DNA of 64,000 nucleotides from Eledone cirrhosa (lineage: Eukaryota), in the NCBI GenBank assembly GCA_964016885.1, contig OZ024741.1:289974001-290038000 (forward strand), read 5' to 3'. A program made the translations under genes and the position numbers. The stretch's first letter is position 1. Each line of letters opens with the position of its first letter. This document shows positions 44,486-58,887 of the stretch, one piece after another. The notes below the pieces were generated by a model that made no database searches, was not told the origin of the DNA, and saw only the letters and a program-made list of their open reading frames with translations.

Positions 44486-44680
44486 CAGTAGTAGTAGCAG
44501 CAGCAGCAGCAGTTGCAGCAGTAGTAGTAGTAGTAGTAGTAGTAGCAGCAGCTTTGATAACTTTGATAGGTTTCGGCCAGATGGTAATTCTTTATTCTTG
44601 GCCCCAAGGGGCCACTGATATAGGATGAAAAATTGTACATGGGAGTACAAAAGCATGCATTGTTCTTTTTCTTAATACTG

Positions 44681-45650
44681 TCTTCTTCTTCTTCTTCTTC
44701 TTCTTCTTCTTCTTCTTCTTCTTCTTCTTCTCAGAGGGTCGTGGAGGCAGAGTCCTCAAACACTTCTTCCTGCGGGTCCTGGCAGAAGCAACCATCTCCA
44801 ACTTATCCGGCTGGACACCCAAGCGTTACCAAAGAAGCTCATGGATGTTATCCGACCACCTTTCTCGGGGTCTACCCCTGGGTCTCCTACCTGCTGGATT
44901 TGCCCGTAAAATCTGTCCAGTGATTCTTTCTTAAGACATTCTAAAATATGTCCATAGTATCGTAGCTGTGATCTCTAAATTCGGAGACATAGCGGCGTTA
45001 CGTGGAGTGATTCTCTCATCTCCGAGCTATGCATTTTAGCGAGGAACGTTACTCCGAAGACCTCTCCAGGAGCTTGTATTCGCGATCGTATTCGGTTGGT
45101 ATTACCCAAGATTCATGACGATAGAAGAGTGTTGGCACGAATACCGAATTGAAGACAGCGAGTTTGGCTTTTATGCCTACCTCCCTTTTGATTACCGAAT
45201 GCTGAAGCTGGCGCGTTACTGCACCAGCTCTTGCAATGCTTGCACTTGCTTAACACTTCTACTTGAAGTTCTGTTCCTGCTTCAGTGGAACACCATTCAC
45301 ATGTAGAGTGCACTGTGCAGGCTTCCATAAGAGGACGTATGTCTCAGTTTTCGCAGCACTAATTTTCATTCCATCCATGCAGCATTCGGTATCAAACCTA
45401 TCGAGAACACGTCGGGGATCAATTTCTGTCGACTTAAGTAACACCATTTTGTCTGCAAATTCCAAGCGATTCATTCTACTCCCGCCCGGCATTATGCCAC
45501 TTACAACACGGCTGCACCTCTCAATCCTGTTCATGTAAATAAAGAAAAGGAGAGATGACAGTACGCATCCTTGGCAGAGTACAACACCCACATTGAATAG
45601 TTTCGATTTAGCACCGTTTATACGAACACAAATAACCCAAGTATTCTTAT
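44681..45650 (-). mobile_element. 5'-truncated RTE-clade LINE, RT pseudogene with (GAA)n tail
   Basis: QGCVLSSLLFFIYMN, LEFADK (FADD), GMKISAAKTE; RPRGRPR-like motif near 44880; ends LPPRP then (GAA)n. Confidence 0.85.
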
Positions 45651-45755
45651 AGAGACATCAGAGCAGCAAGAAGTTGGGAACCTGGAGTATTGTTATCGTT
45701 GAATGTATTTGTTGCTTCTCTCCCTCTCTCACTCCACCATCTCCCTCTCATTCAT

Positions 45756-45854
<99 letters not shown>

Positions 45855-45957
45855 CTCTTTCCTTCTCCTTCTCGCTCGTTCTCAAACTATTTTATACGAC
45901 ACAACAATCTCCCCACACATCATTATCTGTTTTTGACATCGTTTTAATATAATGTAT

Positions 45958-46015
<58 letters not shown>

Positions 46016-46050
46016 TTGTGAGTGTGTGTGAGTGTGTGTGTGTGTGTGTT

Positions 46051-46083
<33 letters not shown>

Positions 46084-46991
46084 TATGTATATATATATAC
46101 ATACACACACACACATACACACACGCACATATATATATAATATTTTTGGCATCAAATTCCGAAATATATTTAAGGAAGAGTGATTTACCTATTATTATAT
46201 GCTATTAAAACCTTCAGTAGATTCTTCTTCTTCTTCTTCTTCTTCTTCTTCTTCTTCTTCTTCTTCTTCTTCTTCTTCTTCTTCTCCTTCTCCTCCTCCT
46301 CCTCCACCTCTCTCGTTTTTCTCTCTCTCTTCTTTTTTCAACCAACAACACCATCATTATCATCATCATCATTACCACCTCCTCCATAACCACACCACCA
46401 ACCAATATCCCAACACCAACATCACCGCCGCCAGCACCACCACCAACAGTTCCACCACCAACAACACCAACACTACAACCAACAACACCGCCATCTCCAC
46501 TATCAACACCGCCAGGAACCACACCAATACCAACAACAGCACCAAAAAGTACTATAACCTGAACGACCACATTACTACCACCCACACCTTATGTGTGTGT
46601 GTGTGTGTGAATGTGAGTGTGCTTGTAGGTGTGAGTATGCGTTTATGTGTGAGTGTTTGTGTGTGTGCATTATGTGTGTGTTTCAATTGTGTAAAGCAGC
46701 TCTACCAATTATTTCATGAATATATCTTCCAATTCTTCATTGCTGTCACCGCCATAATACTGAGTATTTTACTAAATCAACAATAGCAATAACAACAAAT
46801 TACTACCACCAAGACCAGAACTACTACTACTACTACTACTACTATACATATATGCAGAGAATCTACAAACACATCACGTCACTTCTTTCCATTCCCCTAC
46901 CCATAATTGAATAATTGAAGCTCAATTAATATACATACATACGTATGTATGTATATACGTATTTATATATGTCCATATATACCTGTATATG

Positions 46992-47057
<66 letters not shown>

Positions 47058-47136
47058 CCCCCCCCCCACTCTCAAGAGCGTGAATCTAATAAACCTTTGT
47101 TCGTACTGCCTCTCTCTTTTGTTCCCGTTCCATTTT

Positions 47137-47246
<110 letters not shown>

Positions 47247-47424
47247 AATCTAACAAAATATACGGTAGTGTCCAATCCGTATGAAGAACTCGATGTAATC
47301 CAAATATGAAAAGAGAAGATGCATTCAAAAATTTTCGATGAAAATCATAGGAAAACAGAGTCAAGATAAATTAATAAAAACAATTAAATAAAAACAAAGA
47401 ACAAGTTCTTTATATTAAAAAATT

Positions 47425-47560
47425 CATCATTTTACGATCGTTTCTAGGATATATATATGTGTGTTGGTATGTATATCATATAGATCTATGTAAAAATATT
47501 ACAAATTATCAGAGCAAATATGCATACCTTCACATATACATGCTGTCTTCAGAAATGATG
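47425..47560 (-). ncRNA. Type I hammerhead with ~105-nt stem II
   Basis: CAUCAUUU-CUGAAGA-C-AG..CU-A-GAAA-CGAUC-GUA-AAAUGAUG; 8-bp stem I; palindromic ACGAUCGU. Confidence 0.75.
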
Positions 47561-48279
47561 AGATTTGTTTATTGAAAAAAACCAACAAAGATTTAATATA
47601 AAAGTACTGTTTGGGAACAGGTTTTGAATTGACCAATAGAAAAGTAGTTAGAGGTCAAGTTGATAGAATAGTGGTAGTAGAAATTGAATTTAGGGGTAGA
47701 GGAGTGCAGACTTATGTTTTGAATGAAAAGAAAACTTTGAATGAAAAGAATACTTTGGGGATGAAAAGAGGTCAAGCCAGTGAAGGGTACACGAAAATTT
47801 GATGTTATTAAAGAATAATGTTAAAAACGAAAGAAAATAAAATTTTAGGGAAGGGTATTAGTGAGAAATACCAATCTTATTTAAATCACAAGGAATCTAG
47901 ATCTATAACAAGAAATTAAATTAATTGATAGGTATACTTATAGGGATAAATTTATATTAATTCATATGAATGTGATAAATAAGAATTAGATGTTATTAAA
48001 GAGTGTTGTTAAAAACGAAGGAAAGTAAAATTTTAGGATAAGGGTAGTAGTGAGAAATACCAATCTTATATAAACTACAAGGAATCTAGATACATAACAG
48101 GAAATTAAATTAATTTATAGGTATACCTTTAGGTATTAATTTTAGGAAAAGAGAGCTGTAAGAGGGAAATAAAATTATGAAGTTCTCTGTAGTAAAGTAC
48201 TAATTATAGGTTAATTAAATTAAAAAAACTAATTATAATAATATGAAAAATATAAGTGTAAGGTGTATATTAATTAGGT

Positions 48280-48726
48280 TTATAATAAGGTTCTTCTAAT
48301 TCTATGATTGCAAGATATAATTAATTCCTGTCGCTTATTTAATAGGATATCCTTAGATTTCATGATTTCAAAAAGTTCCTCGGAGCATAACCTACACTCG
48401 TATCTGTTATTTTGATAAGGGATGGCCCCTTTGAGCACACTCCAGGTCAGGTTGTAATCGATATTCTTCTTTCTATAATCATTAATTGTTTCAGCCAAGG
48501 ATGTTGTATTAGCTAATGCGGCATTTTTAAAACTATGTTTGTGGGTATTAAATCTTATTTTAAATTGGTTAGACGTAGCTCTTATATATGAATAAGTGGA
48601 GTCCTTAGTGCTAATTTTACATTTATAGACTATGTTATTAATAAGATAATTTCCCTTTAATGGGCAATTTCTTTTGATTCTACAGTTACAACCATTCGTG
48701 AATATTATATCAGGGGAGTTAGTCAA
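48280..48726 (-). pseudogene. PLE GIY-YIG endonuclease domain
   Basis: CNCR..CPLKG..IVY..YI(R)AT..FKIRFNTHKHSF..CRLCSEE..LNKRQE..CNHR. Confidence 0.9.
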
Positions 48727-49399
48727 ATTTGGTGTGGAATTTACTCGGCTTGTTATAGGTGAAGGAGATTGTGGTTTGTTGCGGTTTATTTTAGTATTAT
48801 GGTTGGTTTGATGTGTTCGTGATATATTTGTGGGTTCTTTACATTTATATGCGTTGTACGCACTTATATTTTGTTGTATATTTTTGGTAGTGGAGTAGGA
48901 AAATTTGACAGTTGATCTATTTAAAATTTGATGATATTTATGGTTTGGCGGGAAGTTTTTCTCTAGGATAGTAAAAAGTTTTTTAGGGATATTATCTTTA
49001 ATTTGTAGATTAAATGGAGCATTATACCAAGTAACCGTCTATTACGGTTTCGATATTGTTTTTTATATTTATACGATGTCTCAGGATGTTTACTAAGAGA
49101 GTTACTATTAGTGAATTTATTATATATAGGTTTAGTTAGATTAACTGATTTAGGTGTTTTAGTCTGATTACTAGGAAATTTGTTAGTAATGTTGTTAACA
49201 TATATTGGAGTTTTAGGATAAATGGTTTTTTGAAAGTCATTATATTTTATGTGAGAAGAGGTAGAGAAATTAAGTTTTAGGTTGGTAGTTTTGGGTGTAG
49301 TATGAGTGGCATTTAGGTGTGGGTTTTTCATTTGGTGTTTGTTGGTAATATTGGGTTGTATGTTTGAAGTATTATTGGTGCAAGGTATATAACTAATTT

Positions 49400-50198
49400 G
49401 TTTTTGTAGCCGCTTCTAGCTAAAGCTTCGTTATAAAAGGGCGCGTTTTTATCGAATACATCCTGGTTAGATGAAAGGTTAGAGATTCTGAGTGAGATAT
49501 TATATGCTAGGTTTTTAAGGATAGATCTAGGGTGATTGGATTGTGAGTGTATGTAATGTAAGTTTTGGTTAGGTCTAAAGTTATATCTGGGAAATTGACT
49601 ATTTTACTGGTGTTTTCAAATGTAATAGTGAGATTGTAATAGTCTTCGAGGAAAGTTCTGATAAGTTTTTTTTTTTTTTTTAATTTCTGATAGGCTAAGA
49701 TTAGTGGAAAGAACAAGACAGTCATCACGATATAAACTACCTTTAAGGTGGGGAAAAGATGAATTAATGTTAAATAGAAGAAAGAGGCCCACAAGATCGG
49801 TAATTTGGGCGGAATCACTAGAGCCCATAGTAATGTCGAAGAGATTACTATATGTATTTCTGGTCCAGTATTCCTTCTGAAATTCCAATAGTGTTTGTCT
49901 AGCGTGCGTGATAATATTAATGTCATCCATAGTTAAGTTTGATCTATTTTTGGCAAATATCAAGGCTTTGTTCAGGAGTATGGGTGACATAGAGGAATAA
50001 TAAGCATCTGTATCAAATTGTAGAAATGAAGCAGATGATTTATTTCTAATATTAGTAAACCAGTCAATTACCTGGGATCTATTTTCCCAGAGTGGTAAAT
50101 TAACGTGTTTTCTTAATTGTGGGATGATTCTATCTAAAAAATGTTTACTAATGATGCCAATGTCAGACTTGGAAGGGCATATAAGTCTTATGAAAGGA
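49400..50198 (-). pseudogene. PLE reverse transcriptase, frameshifted
   Basis: RLICPSKSDIG, FLQFD..AYYSS, FDITMGSSDSAQITDLVG, LYRDD, VNFPDITLDL. Confidence 0.92.
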
Positions 50199-50452
50199 TT
50201 AAAAATTCTTATGGAAGGATCGAAATTCTTTTTGCTCAGAACATTCCCTGAAACATAAGTATTACATGTGTAAAGTTTGAAAAGAGTCGGTTGGGTGCTT
50301 CTCTAGTTTTAGGGATTCAAACTCACACACACAGACAGACATCCTCAGTTTCATATATATAGATAAATGAAGTATTTCCGTACAGGAAAAAAGAGTGCTC
50401 TATGTAAGTTACAGAGCTTATTAGTTATGTAATAAACAACGTAAGATAATTA

Positions 50453-50514
50453 TTTCATTTACCAGTAGTTTCTTGAAGGCAGATGTTATGTCTGTCTTCA
50501 GTCGTCAGAATGAA
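50453..50514 (-). ncRNA. Type I hammerhead (other arm)
   Basis: Near reverse complement of 50537-50599. Confidence 0.65.
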
Positions 50515-50536
50515 TAATAATATAGATGTTATTTAT

Positions 50537-50599
50537 TTTCATTCTGACGACTGAAGACAGACATAACATCTGCCTTCAAGAAACCACTGGTAAATGAAA
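50537..50599 (+). ncRNA. Type I hammerhead, C.A at stem II base
   Basis: UUUCAUU-CUGACGA-C-UGAAG.CAGA..UCUG.CUUCA-A-GAAA-CCACUG-GUA-AAUGAAA. Confidence 0.75.
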
Positions 50600-50884
50600 T
50601 AATTATCTTATGTTGTTTATTACATAACTATATATATATATATACAAATATATATATATATATATTCGTGGTTTTGTCTTTACGTGTAATTTTTTTTCAC
50701 CGCTCCAAATAATGACGTATTATATTCGTTTTTTCCCGTTCTTTGACAGGGAACGTTTCCACGAACCAAAGTATCGTCTTCCTGTCTTCCTCCGATTGCA
50801 ACGTTTTTTGAAATATTCACTTCTGCGTTCACAGATTGACTTTGTTAGTTTCAGAAGATGCCGTTAAGGGTGAAAGCAGCGATT

Positions 50885-50915
<31 letters not shown>

Positions 50916-51182
50916 CAAATATAAATTCTCGAGAATCGCATTTCGGCCCACGTAATAACGAAAAACAAGCTCCGAGATGTGTGGCAAGTGCTCAATGATT
51001 CAGATGAACCAGAGCTATAACAAACGTTAAAGGCCAAACACACTGAGACGATGGATAAACAATCATTCGCATAGCCAAAAAAATGATCAAGTAATACGGG
51101 TCAAACAAATAAAAAATATCTGTGATTGAAAATTTACCCGGACCCCTGGAAGGTTGGTAAAATCCAGCATATATATATATAT

Positions 51183-51361
51183 AACGAAGGAGTTGTGTTA
51201 AGGAACCAGATGGACCATAACGAACCAGAGTACTCAATACTTAGGGTAGTAGAGTGGGTAATAGGAAAATGTATGACCCTGACGGCAGAGTTCAAGCCGT
51301 TTCGACGTCCCGAAATAGCCGTCGAAACGGCTTGAGTTCTGCCCTCGGGGTCATACATTTT

Positions 51362-51362
<1 letters not shown>
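51183..51362 (-). mobile_element. LINE-like 3' end with 5' fold-back
   Basis: Same family as 4182-4365. Confidence 0.75.
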
Positions 51363-51414
<52 letters not shown>

Positions 51415-51487
51415 GTGTGTATTTTTCTATGTATGTGTATGTGTGTATGTGTGTATATGTATGTGTATGTGTATGCATGTATATGTA

Positions 51488-51535
<48 letters not shown>

Positions 51536-51720
51536 TAGTTAGGGAAGCAGAAAATTGCTTATTGTGATCCAGTTCGTGGTTAAGAAAGCCAGTTTTATTG
51601 ACGGTTTCAACGTACGGTTAGGGGTGACTCCACAAGTTTGTAAAAATTCCGTTCAATCTTGGAGTATAAAGTATTAAAGAGAAAACACAGGTAAGCATTA
51701 AGAGAAGGGTTTTATCCAGG

Positions 51721-51821
51721 TATTTACGACCGTTTCATCGGTAAGTGCAACCTTATATTCCTATACTGCAAATAGCAGCCATTCAATGATAATTGTTGTT
51801 CACGTCCAAATTTTCAAAATA
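51721..51821 (-). ncRNA. Hammerhead U3-A8 variant with long stem II
   Basis: UAUU-UUGAAAA-U-UUGG..CCGA-U-GAAA-CGGUC-GUA-AAUA. Confidence 0.6.
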
Positions 51822-52388
51822 GTGAGTAAGTTGCTCTTGAAATAGTTCTTAATATATAGAGAAAAACATTTTATTTAATTGTATTTACTAGTATATAGAG
51901 AGAGGAAGAGGAATTAGAAAGTGAGGGGACAAACGGAATAGTATAGAGAGAGAGGGAGGGGGAGAAGAGTAAGGAAGTAGAGTGACAAACTGAGATGGAG
52001 GGTGGGGTAGAGGTGGAAGGAATCCTTCATCAGTTTTGATACGTAGACTACATTTCGTCGATTGTAGTGAGTTAAAGAGAATTAAATTGATCATAGTGGG
52101 AAGGATGGAGAGAGAGGGGGGGGGGAGATATAAATAGATAAATATATATATAAAAAATAAAGATAAAAATAATAATGATAAAAATAAAAGTAAAGGGGGG
52201 AGAAAGAAGAAAAGAAAAGGTAGCCAAAAAGGGGAGGGAAGAAAGGAAGAAAACGAAAAGAAATAGAAGAGGAATGAAGGAGAAGGGAGGGACATAGGTA
52301 TTGGTTTTTGTGGGTAATTAAAGGGGTTAGATACAATAAGAGGGTATAGAGTCTAAGTATATGCAGTTTGTCAGTTGGTAGTAATAGG

Positions 52389-52527
52389 TTAAGGATTCGA
52401 TTTGCACTTGTAGTGCGAAAACTTTTCTTTGAGTCTATGGTTACAATAAATTGATCTTTCGATTTTATTGTTGAGTAACTTATTCTTCGAACTCAAAATG
52501 TGGAACAGCTCAAGGTCACATAATCGA
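52389..52527 (-). pseudogene. PLE GIY-YIG C-terminus (not in ORF track)
   Basis: RLCDLELFHILSSKNKLLNNKIERSIYCNHRLKEKFSHYKCKSNP*, aligning to the end of the 48280-48726 ORF. Confidence 0.8.
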
Positions 52528-52841
52528 TTATGTGACCTTGTCGATTATGTGACCTCTCTATACTATTCCGTTTGTCCCCTCACTTTCTAATTCCTCTTCC
52601 TCTCTCTCTATACTAGTAAATACAATTTAAAAAAAAATGTTTTTCTCTATATATTAAGAACTATTTCAAGAGTAACTTACTCACTATTTTGAACATTTGG
52701 ACGTGAACAACAATTATCATTGAGTGGCTGTTATTTGCAGTATAGCAATATAAGGTTGCACTTACCAATGAACCGGTCGTAAATACCTGGATAAAATCCT
52801 TCTCTTAATGCTTACCTGTGTTTTCTCTTTTATACTATATA

Positions 52842-53054
52842 CACATCTGATGTGAGAAAAACCACAGACCCTCCATCTCAACTCTACTTTTAAAAAGCAG
52901 AAGAACTGCGAAACCGGTAAAGGAACCAAATAAATATATATATTTTTAAAAAAAATAAGACTCCAGTTGCATTTTCGATTTCATCTCTTTTTCTTTATAC
53001 TTTCACTCGTGTAGGACACCTCGGTTATTTTTCAATTTGTAAAAAAAATCTCAC

Positions 53055-53061
<7 letters not shown>
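52842..53061 (+). mobile_element. Copy of the 7826-8184 HHR element
   Basis: Near-identical; core mutated to UUAAAAA. Confidence 0.85.
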
Positions 53062-53092
<31 letters not shown>

Positions 53093-53111
53093 GATAAAGT
53101 ATGTCCATAGA

Positions 53112-53208
<97 letters not shown>

Positions 53209-53511
53209 AGATCAATAGATGGTTAAAAGAGTTCCAAGTATTTTATTATGCGCATTTCAAAAACAAATATCATCATGAGATGACATTTGCGTTTTCATCA
53301 GATAAAATAGGGATACATGATATGAAGGTTAAAAAACACTTGTGAATAGTGAAGTTTTAAATAAACATATGAAAAATAATTTAAGATTGATGTGTGATAT
53401 TGGGAAAAAGTGAGGGGATGGTTGGAAAGGGTGAAAAAGAGGAGGAGATGAGAGTAAAGAATGGTGGGGGAGGAGTATAATAAGGAAGGATGAGATAGGA
53501 GGAGAGATGGG

Positions 53512-53563
<52 letters not shown>

Positions 53564-54088
53564 TTTACAACTGAGAAAAATATATATTGTTTCACAGAGA
53601 GAGGTTAAAAAGCCGTTGGAAGATAATATATAATTTAAACGAATTTGAAATTAAAAGTTGATGAAGAGAAAAATGGGCTTAAGAATAATATTAAATTAAG
53701 GTTTGTATATTGAAGGGTTTAATAAAATGTCCGATGAAAAGAAATTGTTAATATGTATTATTAAAATAAAAATATTAATGTTATTAAGGATATAATGTGA
53801 AAAGAAGTATCCGATATTTGCATTGCTTTATTGTACTACAATAAAACTCACCTCCTACATATATATATATATATATATATACATTTATCTTATTTTGTAC
53901 ATTTGCTTACTACGCGTGTTTGTTTATTTATTTTTATTTATTTTTATTTCGCATCGCTGTCAACTTAATAATTTTTTTATTCCCTTATTTTTTATTTTTT
54001 ATATTTGACTTTACTTTGATTTCATGTATATGTATTTTGTTTGTTTATTGATTTTTATTTATTCTTATAATTATATGTGTGTGTGTGA

Positions 54089-54137
<49 letters not shown>

Positions 54138-54334
54138 TATTCAGGTTTGAGGTTCACCACTGGATAGAGCTGGTCAATTCCGTATGGTCAATCTCAATGT
54201 AATAATATAGAGAGTACTCAACGTAAAGCAGTTCAACCGTCTTTGTTTTTGTAGTTGGTGGTGCTATTACGGAGTTAAATATTATAATGAAATGACAGGA
54301 GGCTGGATTTGTGTAAATCCTTGAAAGGTTTATT

Positions 54335-54392
54335 ATACTATGATCATTTCAATGACCAGGTTCCGTATGAATCCGGTGATATCATCAGGTAT
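54335..54392 (-). ncRNA. Type I hammerhead (left arm)
   Basis: Near reverse complement of 54454-54511. Confidence 0.7.
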
Positions 54393-54453
54393 TCGAAATA
54401 TAATAAGATAATGTAATAGGTTTTATCTATTACATTCACTTAATATATTTCGA

Positions 54454-54511
54454 ATACCTGATGATATCACCGGATTCATACGGAACCCGGTCATTGAAAT
54501 GATCATAGTAT
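54454..54511 (+). ncRNA. Type I hammerhead, U.U at stem II base
   Basis: AUAC-CUGAUGA-U-AU.ACCGG..CCGGU.AU-U-GAAA-UGAUC-AUA-GUAU; palindromic AUGAUCAU. Confidence 0.75.
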
Positions 54512-54557
54512 AATAAACCTTTCAAGGATTTACACAAATCCAGCCTCCTGTCATTTC

Positions 54558-54591
<34 letters not shown>

Positions 54592-55534
54592 AATAAGGGC
54601 GCTGCGGAGTTGCAAATGGGTTACATATGAAAAAAGTTTGTCCTTCATCAGTGATCTTCCAACTATCATAGGCATTTCATCGCTTTAAAGACCATATACC
54701 TCCGGTTGGTGCGAGCAACGGCTAAAAAAAGTCGCTGGGACACGTAAATAAAGGGGACGCGAGGGTAAACAACAAAATGGTGAGGCAACAGAAGTGAGGA
54801 AGAAGGAGACTAAATTCATAGAAATCTGGGACTTGTCTCCTTCTTCCTCACATTATTAAGATTGTCAACATATTTTTGAATAAACATATTTTCCTTATTT
54901 ATTCGCATTTGTTCTGTTGTATTGTTAGCGCAAAGGTAAAATGGGAAGACTTGGAATTTGGGTGTCTTATGCGAATAAATTTGGGTGTCTTATGCGAATA
55001 AATAAGGAAAATATGTTTATTCAAAAATATAGACCAACATTAAATAAGGTTTAATATACATTATGTCAACACCACAATATGACATACACACACACACATA
55101 ACACCTTCTACTTTAGAAAATAAAAACCCGAACTAAATAAACCTTAAACATACGTTTGCACTGGCAATACAATAGCAAACACGAAAAAGTCAGGAAAATA
55201 TGTTCATTCAAAAATATTCCTACTAAAGGAATCATTTTCCTACACACACACATACACACACACACAATATATATATATATATATATATATATTCTCTTCA
55301 TCTTAACATGCTAACCATACTCCCACACACATAACACCCATACACACACATAACAATCCCCACACCTACAACACCCTCCCCATTTCTACTAATAGAACCA
55401 CTTTCCTACACACATATATATATACACACACACAAAATATATATTCTCTCTATCTAACATACTCGCACACACACACATAACACACAACTCCCTCCCCCAT
55501 CTCTACTAATAGAATCATCTTCCAATACACACAT

Positions 55535-55567
<33 letters not shown>

Positions 55568-56083
55568 AGCACACAAATAAACACATATCTTCAGTCTCAA
55601 TAGAAAATCTGAACTCTGACACCTGAACTCTGACAGCTGGCAATATTCACTGAACCAGAACATTTCTCCCAATCCCTTTTCCCTTGACCACTATCTCTCC
55701 ATTGTCATAACATTCACTATAAAGACTACAGAATAGTTTTCCAAATAAGGGCGCAAAAATGTAATGAAAACTTGTTCACGTGACAGCCAAATTTCATTTA
55801 TAACCAACCAAAAAAAAGCCTTCGTGAGCCTCATTTTTTCAAGTAAAAAGAAATTCAAACACTCATATATGAAAAAACAACCTGTGACACCCCCCCCCCC
55901 CCCTCTCTTATTTGAAGAACTATTGTAACGCGAACTGGCGCGAAATTTATTATAATTATTGACAAACCAATCAAATTACTTCTCGAAAAACCTGGTTTTC
56001 GAGCCACTTTTTCCATATAAAACAAGTAACATTTAGAGACCAACCAGATGTGAGAAAAACCACAGACCCTCCATCTCAACTCA

Positions 56084-56121
56084 CCTTTTGAAAAGCAGAA
56101 GAACTGCGAAACCGGTAAAGG
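56084..56121 (+). ncRNA. Hammerhead U3-A8 variant
   Basis: Identical to 8009-8046. Confidence 0.75.
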
Positions 56122-56274
56122 AACCAAATAAATATATATATTTAAAAAAAAAAATAAGACTTCAGTTGCATTTTCGATTTCATCCCTTTTTCTTTATACT
56201 TCCACTCGTGTAGGACACCTCGGTTATTTTTCATTTTGTAAAAAAAACCTCACTTTCTAATATATATATATATT

Positions 56275-56335
<61 letters not shown>

Positions 56336-56451
56336 TCATTAGTTAAGCAAAACAAGGCCACAAACTTCACAAGGAAGACATTATTAAGATTGTCAACATA
56401 TTTTAGTTTGATGTAAGGAATGTAGAGAATAATAATAATAATATTAATAAT

Positions 56452-56639
56452 AATTGTTTCTACTTTAGGCACAAGGCCAGCAATTTACCAGTGCATTACT
56501 GGTACTTTATTTTATCGACCCCGTAAGGATGAAAGGCAAAGTCAACCTCGGCGGGATTTGAACGCAGATCGTAAAGGGACGTAACTATGCTGGAAAGCAT
56601 GGCGTCCGACCCTCTACCGATACTGCCAATCCACCGCCC
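56452..56639 (-). mobile_element. SINE family A inserted in the PLE inverted arm
   Basis: Full length; ATAATATTAATAATAAT duplicated on both sides. Confidence 0.9.
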
Positions 56640-56702
56640 TATAATATTAATAATAATAATGTCCTATTTGCGGTCCACAATTGCACTAATCGGGGAATTG
56701 AT

Positions 56703-58087
56703 TTGCTAAAGAAACAATTACATAGATTCTTCAAAAATAACGGTCTCTCTATCACCATCGAGCTGAACCATAAAGTAGTAAACTTCCTAGACGTCACCCT
56801 TGATCTCAACAATAACCTCTATAACCCTTACCATAAACCAGGTGAAATACTCACATATATTAGCCCACACTCTAACCACCCACCGGCAGTCATCAGAGCA
56901 GTAATCAAACCTATCTCCTATAGGATCTCAATGCTATCAGCAAATGAGGAGATATTTATAAACCACGCACAATATTATAATAAGGCTCTCTCTGAATCTG
57001 GTTATAAACAATCAATTTATTACATACCTAAATGCCATAACACAGCAACTCACAATAATAAACTTAACACTAGAACTAGAAATATCTTAGCATATAGCCA
57101 GATTCGCCGGAATTTTAGCAGTAACAGCACCTATACAGGGAACTTTAATGGTGGCAGCGGCCTGCTCCCCACTCCAAGTAGCAAACTAAAAATCAATCCT
57201 AGAATAGGAATGAGAAATGGGATGACAAATAACAAATCCCCAGGTAATAATAACCCTAGGAAAGCCCCTACCAACTCCACTAGAACCCCTAGAAAGAATA
57301 GACCTAGAAATATCACCTGGCTAAATCCCCAATTCTCATCTAATCTAGCCACTAATATCCCCAAACGCTTCTTCTCTAGCCTACCCCCCCCCCCAACCAT
57401 AGATATTACAAACTCTTTAATAAAAATAACATTAAAATCTCATTCTCCACAACACCTAACCTAGCTAGCCACATCGCGTTCAGTAACCATCATAAGCTAA
57501 GACAGTATAACTCCCACACCTCGGTACCACCACCCCTATCAAATACACCACGCCACTACACCAATAATTACTCTAGTAGCACACCTCCCCCATCTAATCC
57601 TTCTAGCACGGACCTACCGCTTAGGTTAAACAACCCTACTCTCACTAACCACAGAAGTAACTGCCGTTACCCCAATGCATGCCCATTAAATGGACACTGC
57701 CTGACATCCAACATAGTCTATAGGTGCATGGTTGAGACTGCTTCGAATACCAGCTCTTATATCGGGTCTAACTCTAACCCTTTTAAGGTACGCTATAATG
57801 CGCACTCTTTTTCCTTCCGAGACCCTAGCAACAGATGTTCGACATCGCTAGCTAGGCTCATTAAAAACCTTAAATTAAACAACGTTCAATACTCACTAAA
57901 ATGGGACATCGTGGCTAGGGCCCAACCGTTCAATGGACGAAGAAAATCTTGTGATCTCTGTGTTATAGAAGCATATTACATAACTCTATCACGACCTCTA
58001 CCGATTAACGATAGAACGGAGGTAACCATTAGCTGTCAACACCGAAGGGCTAATTCCTTCGCCAATAGAATTGTTGACCCAACTTAG
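56703..58087 (+). pseudogene. PLE RT thumb, linker and GIY-YIG (frameshifted)
   Basis: VNFLDVTLDL..PYHKP..SNHPP; NITWLNPQFS; CPLNGHCL..IVY..YIG..FKVRYNAH..CDLC..E..CQHR. Confidence 0.92.
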
Positions 58088-58462
58088 TCATGTAGCCCCA
58101 TTTTTACTTGTAGCTAATAAGTTAAATTGCTATGTACAACTCGATAATTATAAGTTACCTCCCCTACATTGTCTTTCAATTAAAAAATAAAAAAATTAGC
58201 ACTTAACTATAAACACTCACCATTTCTAATCTCTCGAGAAGTTACTTCCCCTGAAACCACCCTCTAATTAGTAAGGTAAATATGCCCTTTGGCAGCCATC
58301 TTGTTACCCATAGGCAGATCTCACACAATGCAGCCTCGACAGATGAATACTGCTTGATTACGGCTGACAACTGATCCAACCAAGACACCATAGTAAAAAC
58401 CAATATATGGAACATTATATTATGTAACATTATCCCATTATATTAATTTATATTCCTTTGAA

Positions 58463-58582
58463 GTTCCGATGAGCCACTCTGTTTTTTAAATATGTTAATT
58501 ATTTTCAACTGAACCAGATCAATTATCATATATAATCATCTGATCCAGAAATATTATATGGAGTAGCGAAACAATTGTAAAC
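58463..58582 (+). ncRNA. Hammerhead variant (CCGAUGA core, long stem II) in PLE 3' UTR
   Basis: GUU-CCGAUGA-GCCACUC..GAGUAGC-GAAA-CAAUU-GUA-AAC. Confidence 0.6.
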
Positions 58583-58887
58583 GGACATTATTATTATTAA
58601 AATTATTATTATTATTCTCTACATTCCTTACATCAAACTAAAATATGTTGACAATCTTAATAATGTCTTCCTTGTGAAGTTTGTGGCCTTGTTTTGCTTA
58701 ACTAATGAATATTTCCAGCTCTGCGCACTTAACTTCTGCATGAACCCAGCCACCTAGCTGCTTTCTACTGCATATTGCACATTGAGCACATGCCTTTACG
58801 CTATGGCTTCTAACTAACACACCAATCTCTCCTCTCATATCTCCTCTACTATCTCCATCTCTCTCTTTAAGATTGATTACTCTTGAA

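Larger units (their letters stand above)
50364..50630 (-). mobile_element. HHR element with fold-back
   Basis: ~100-bp arms; relatives at 31846-32052 and 32944-33090. Confidence 0.8.
51678..52830 (-). mobile_element. Third PLE family, 3' fragment with inverted UTR copy
   Basis: Arms 51678-51950 and 52554-52830; GIY-YIG C-terminus between them. Confidence 0.82.
54283..54563. mobile_element. HHR element with ~120-bp fold-back
   Basis: Near-perfect arms; small extra hairpin in the spacer (54410-54436). Confidence 0.85.
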
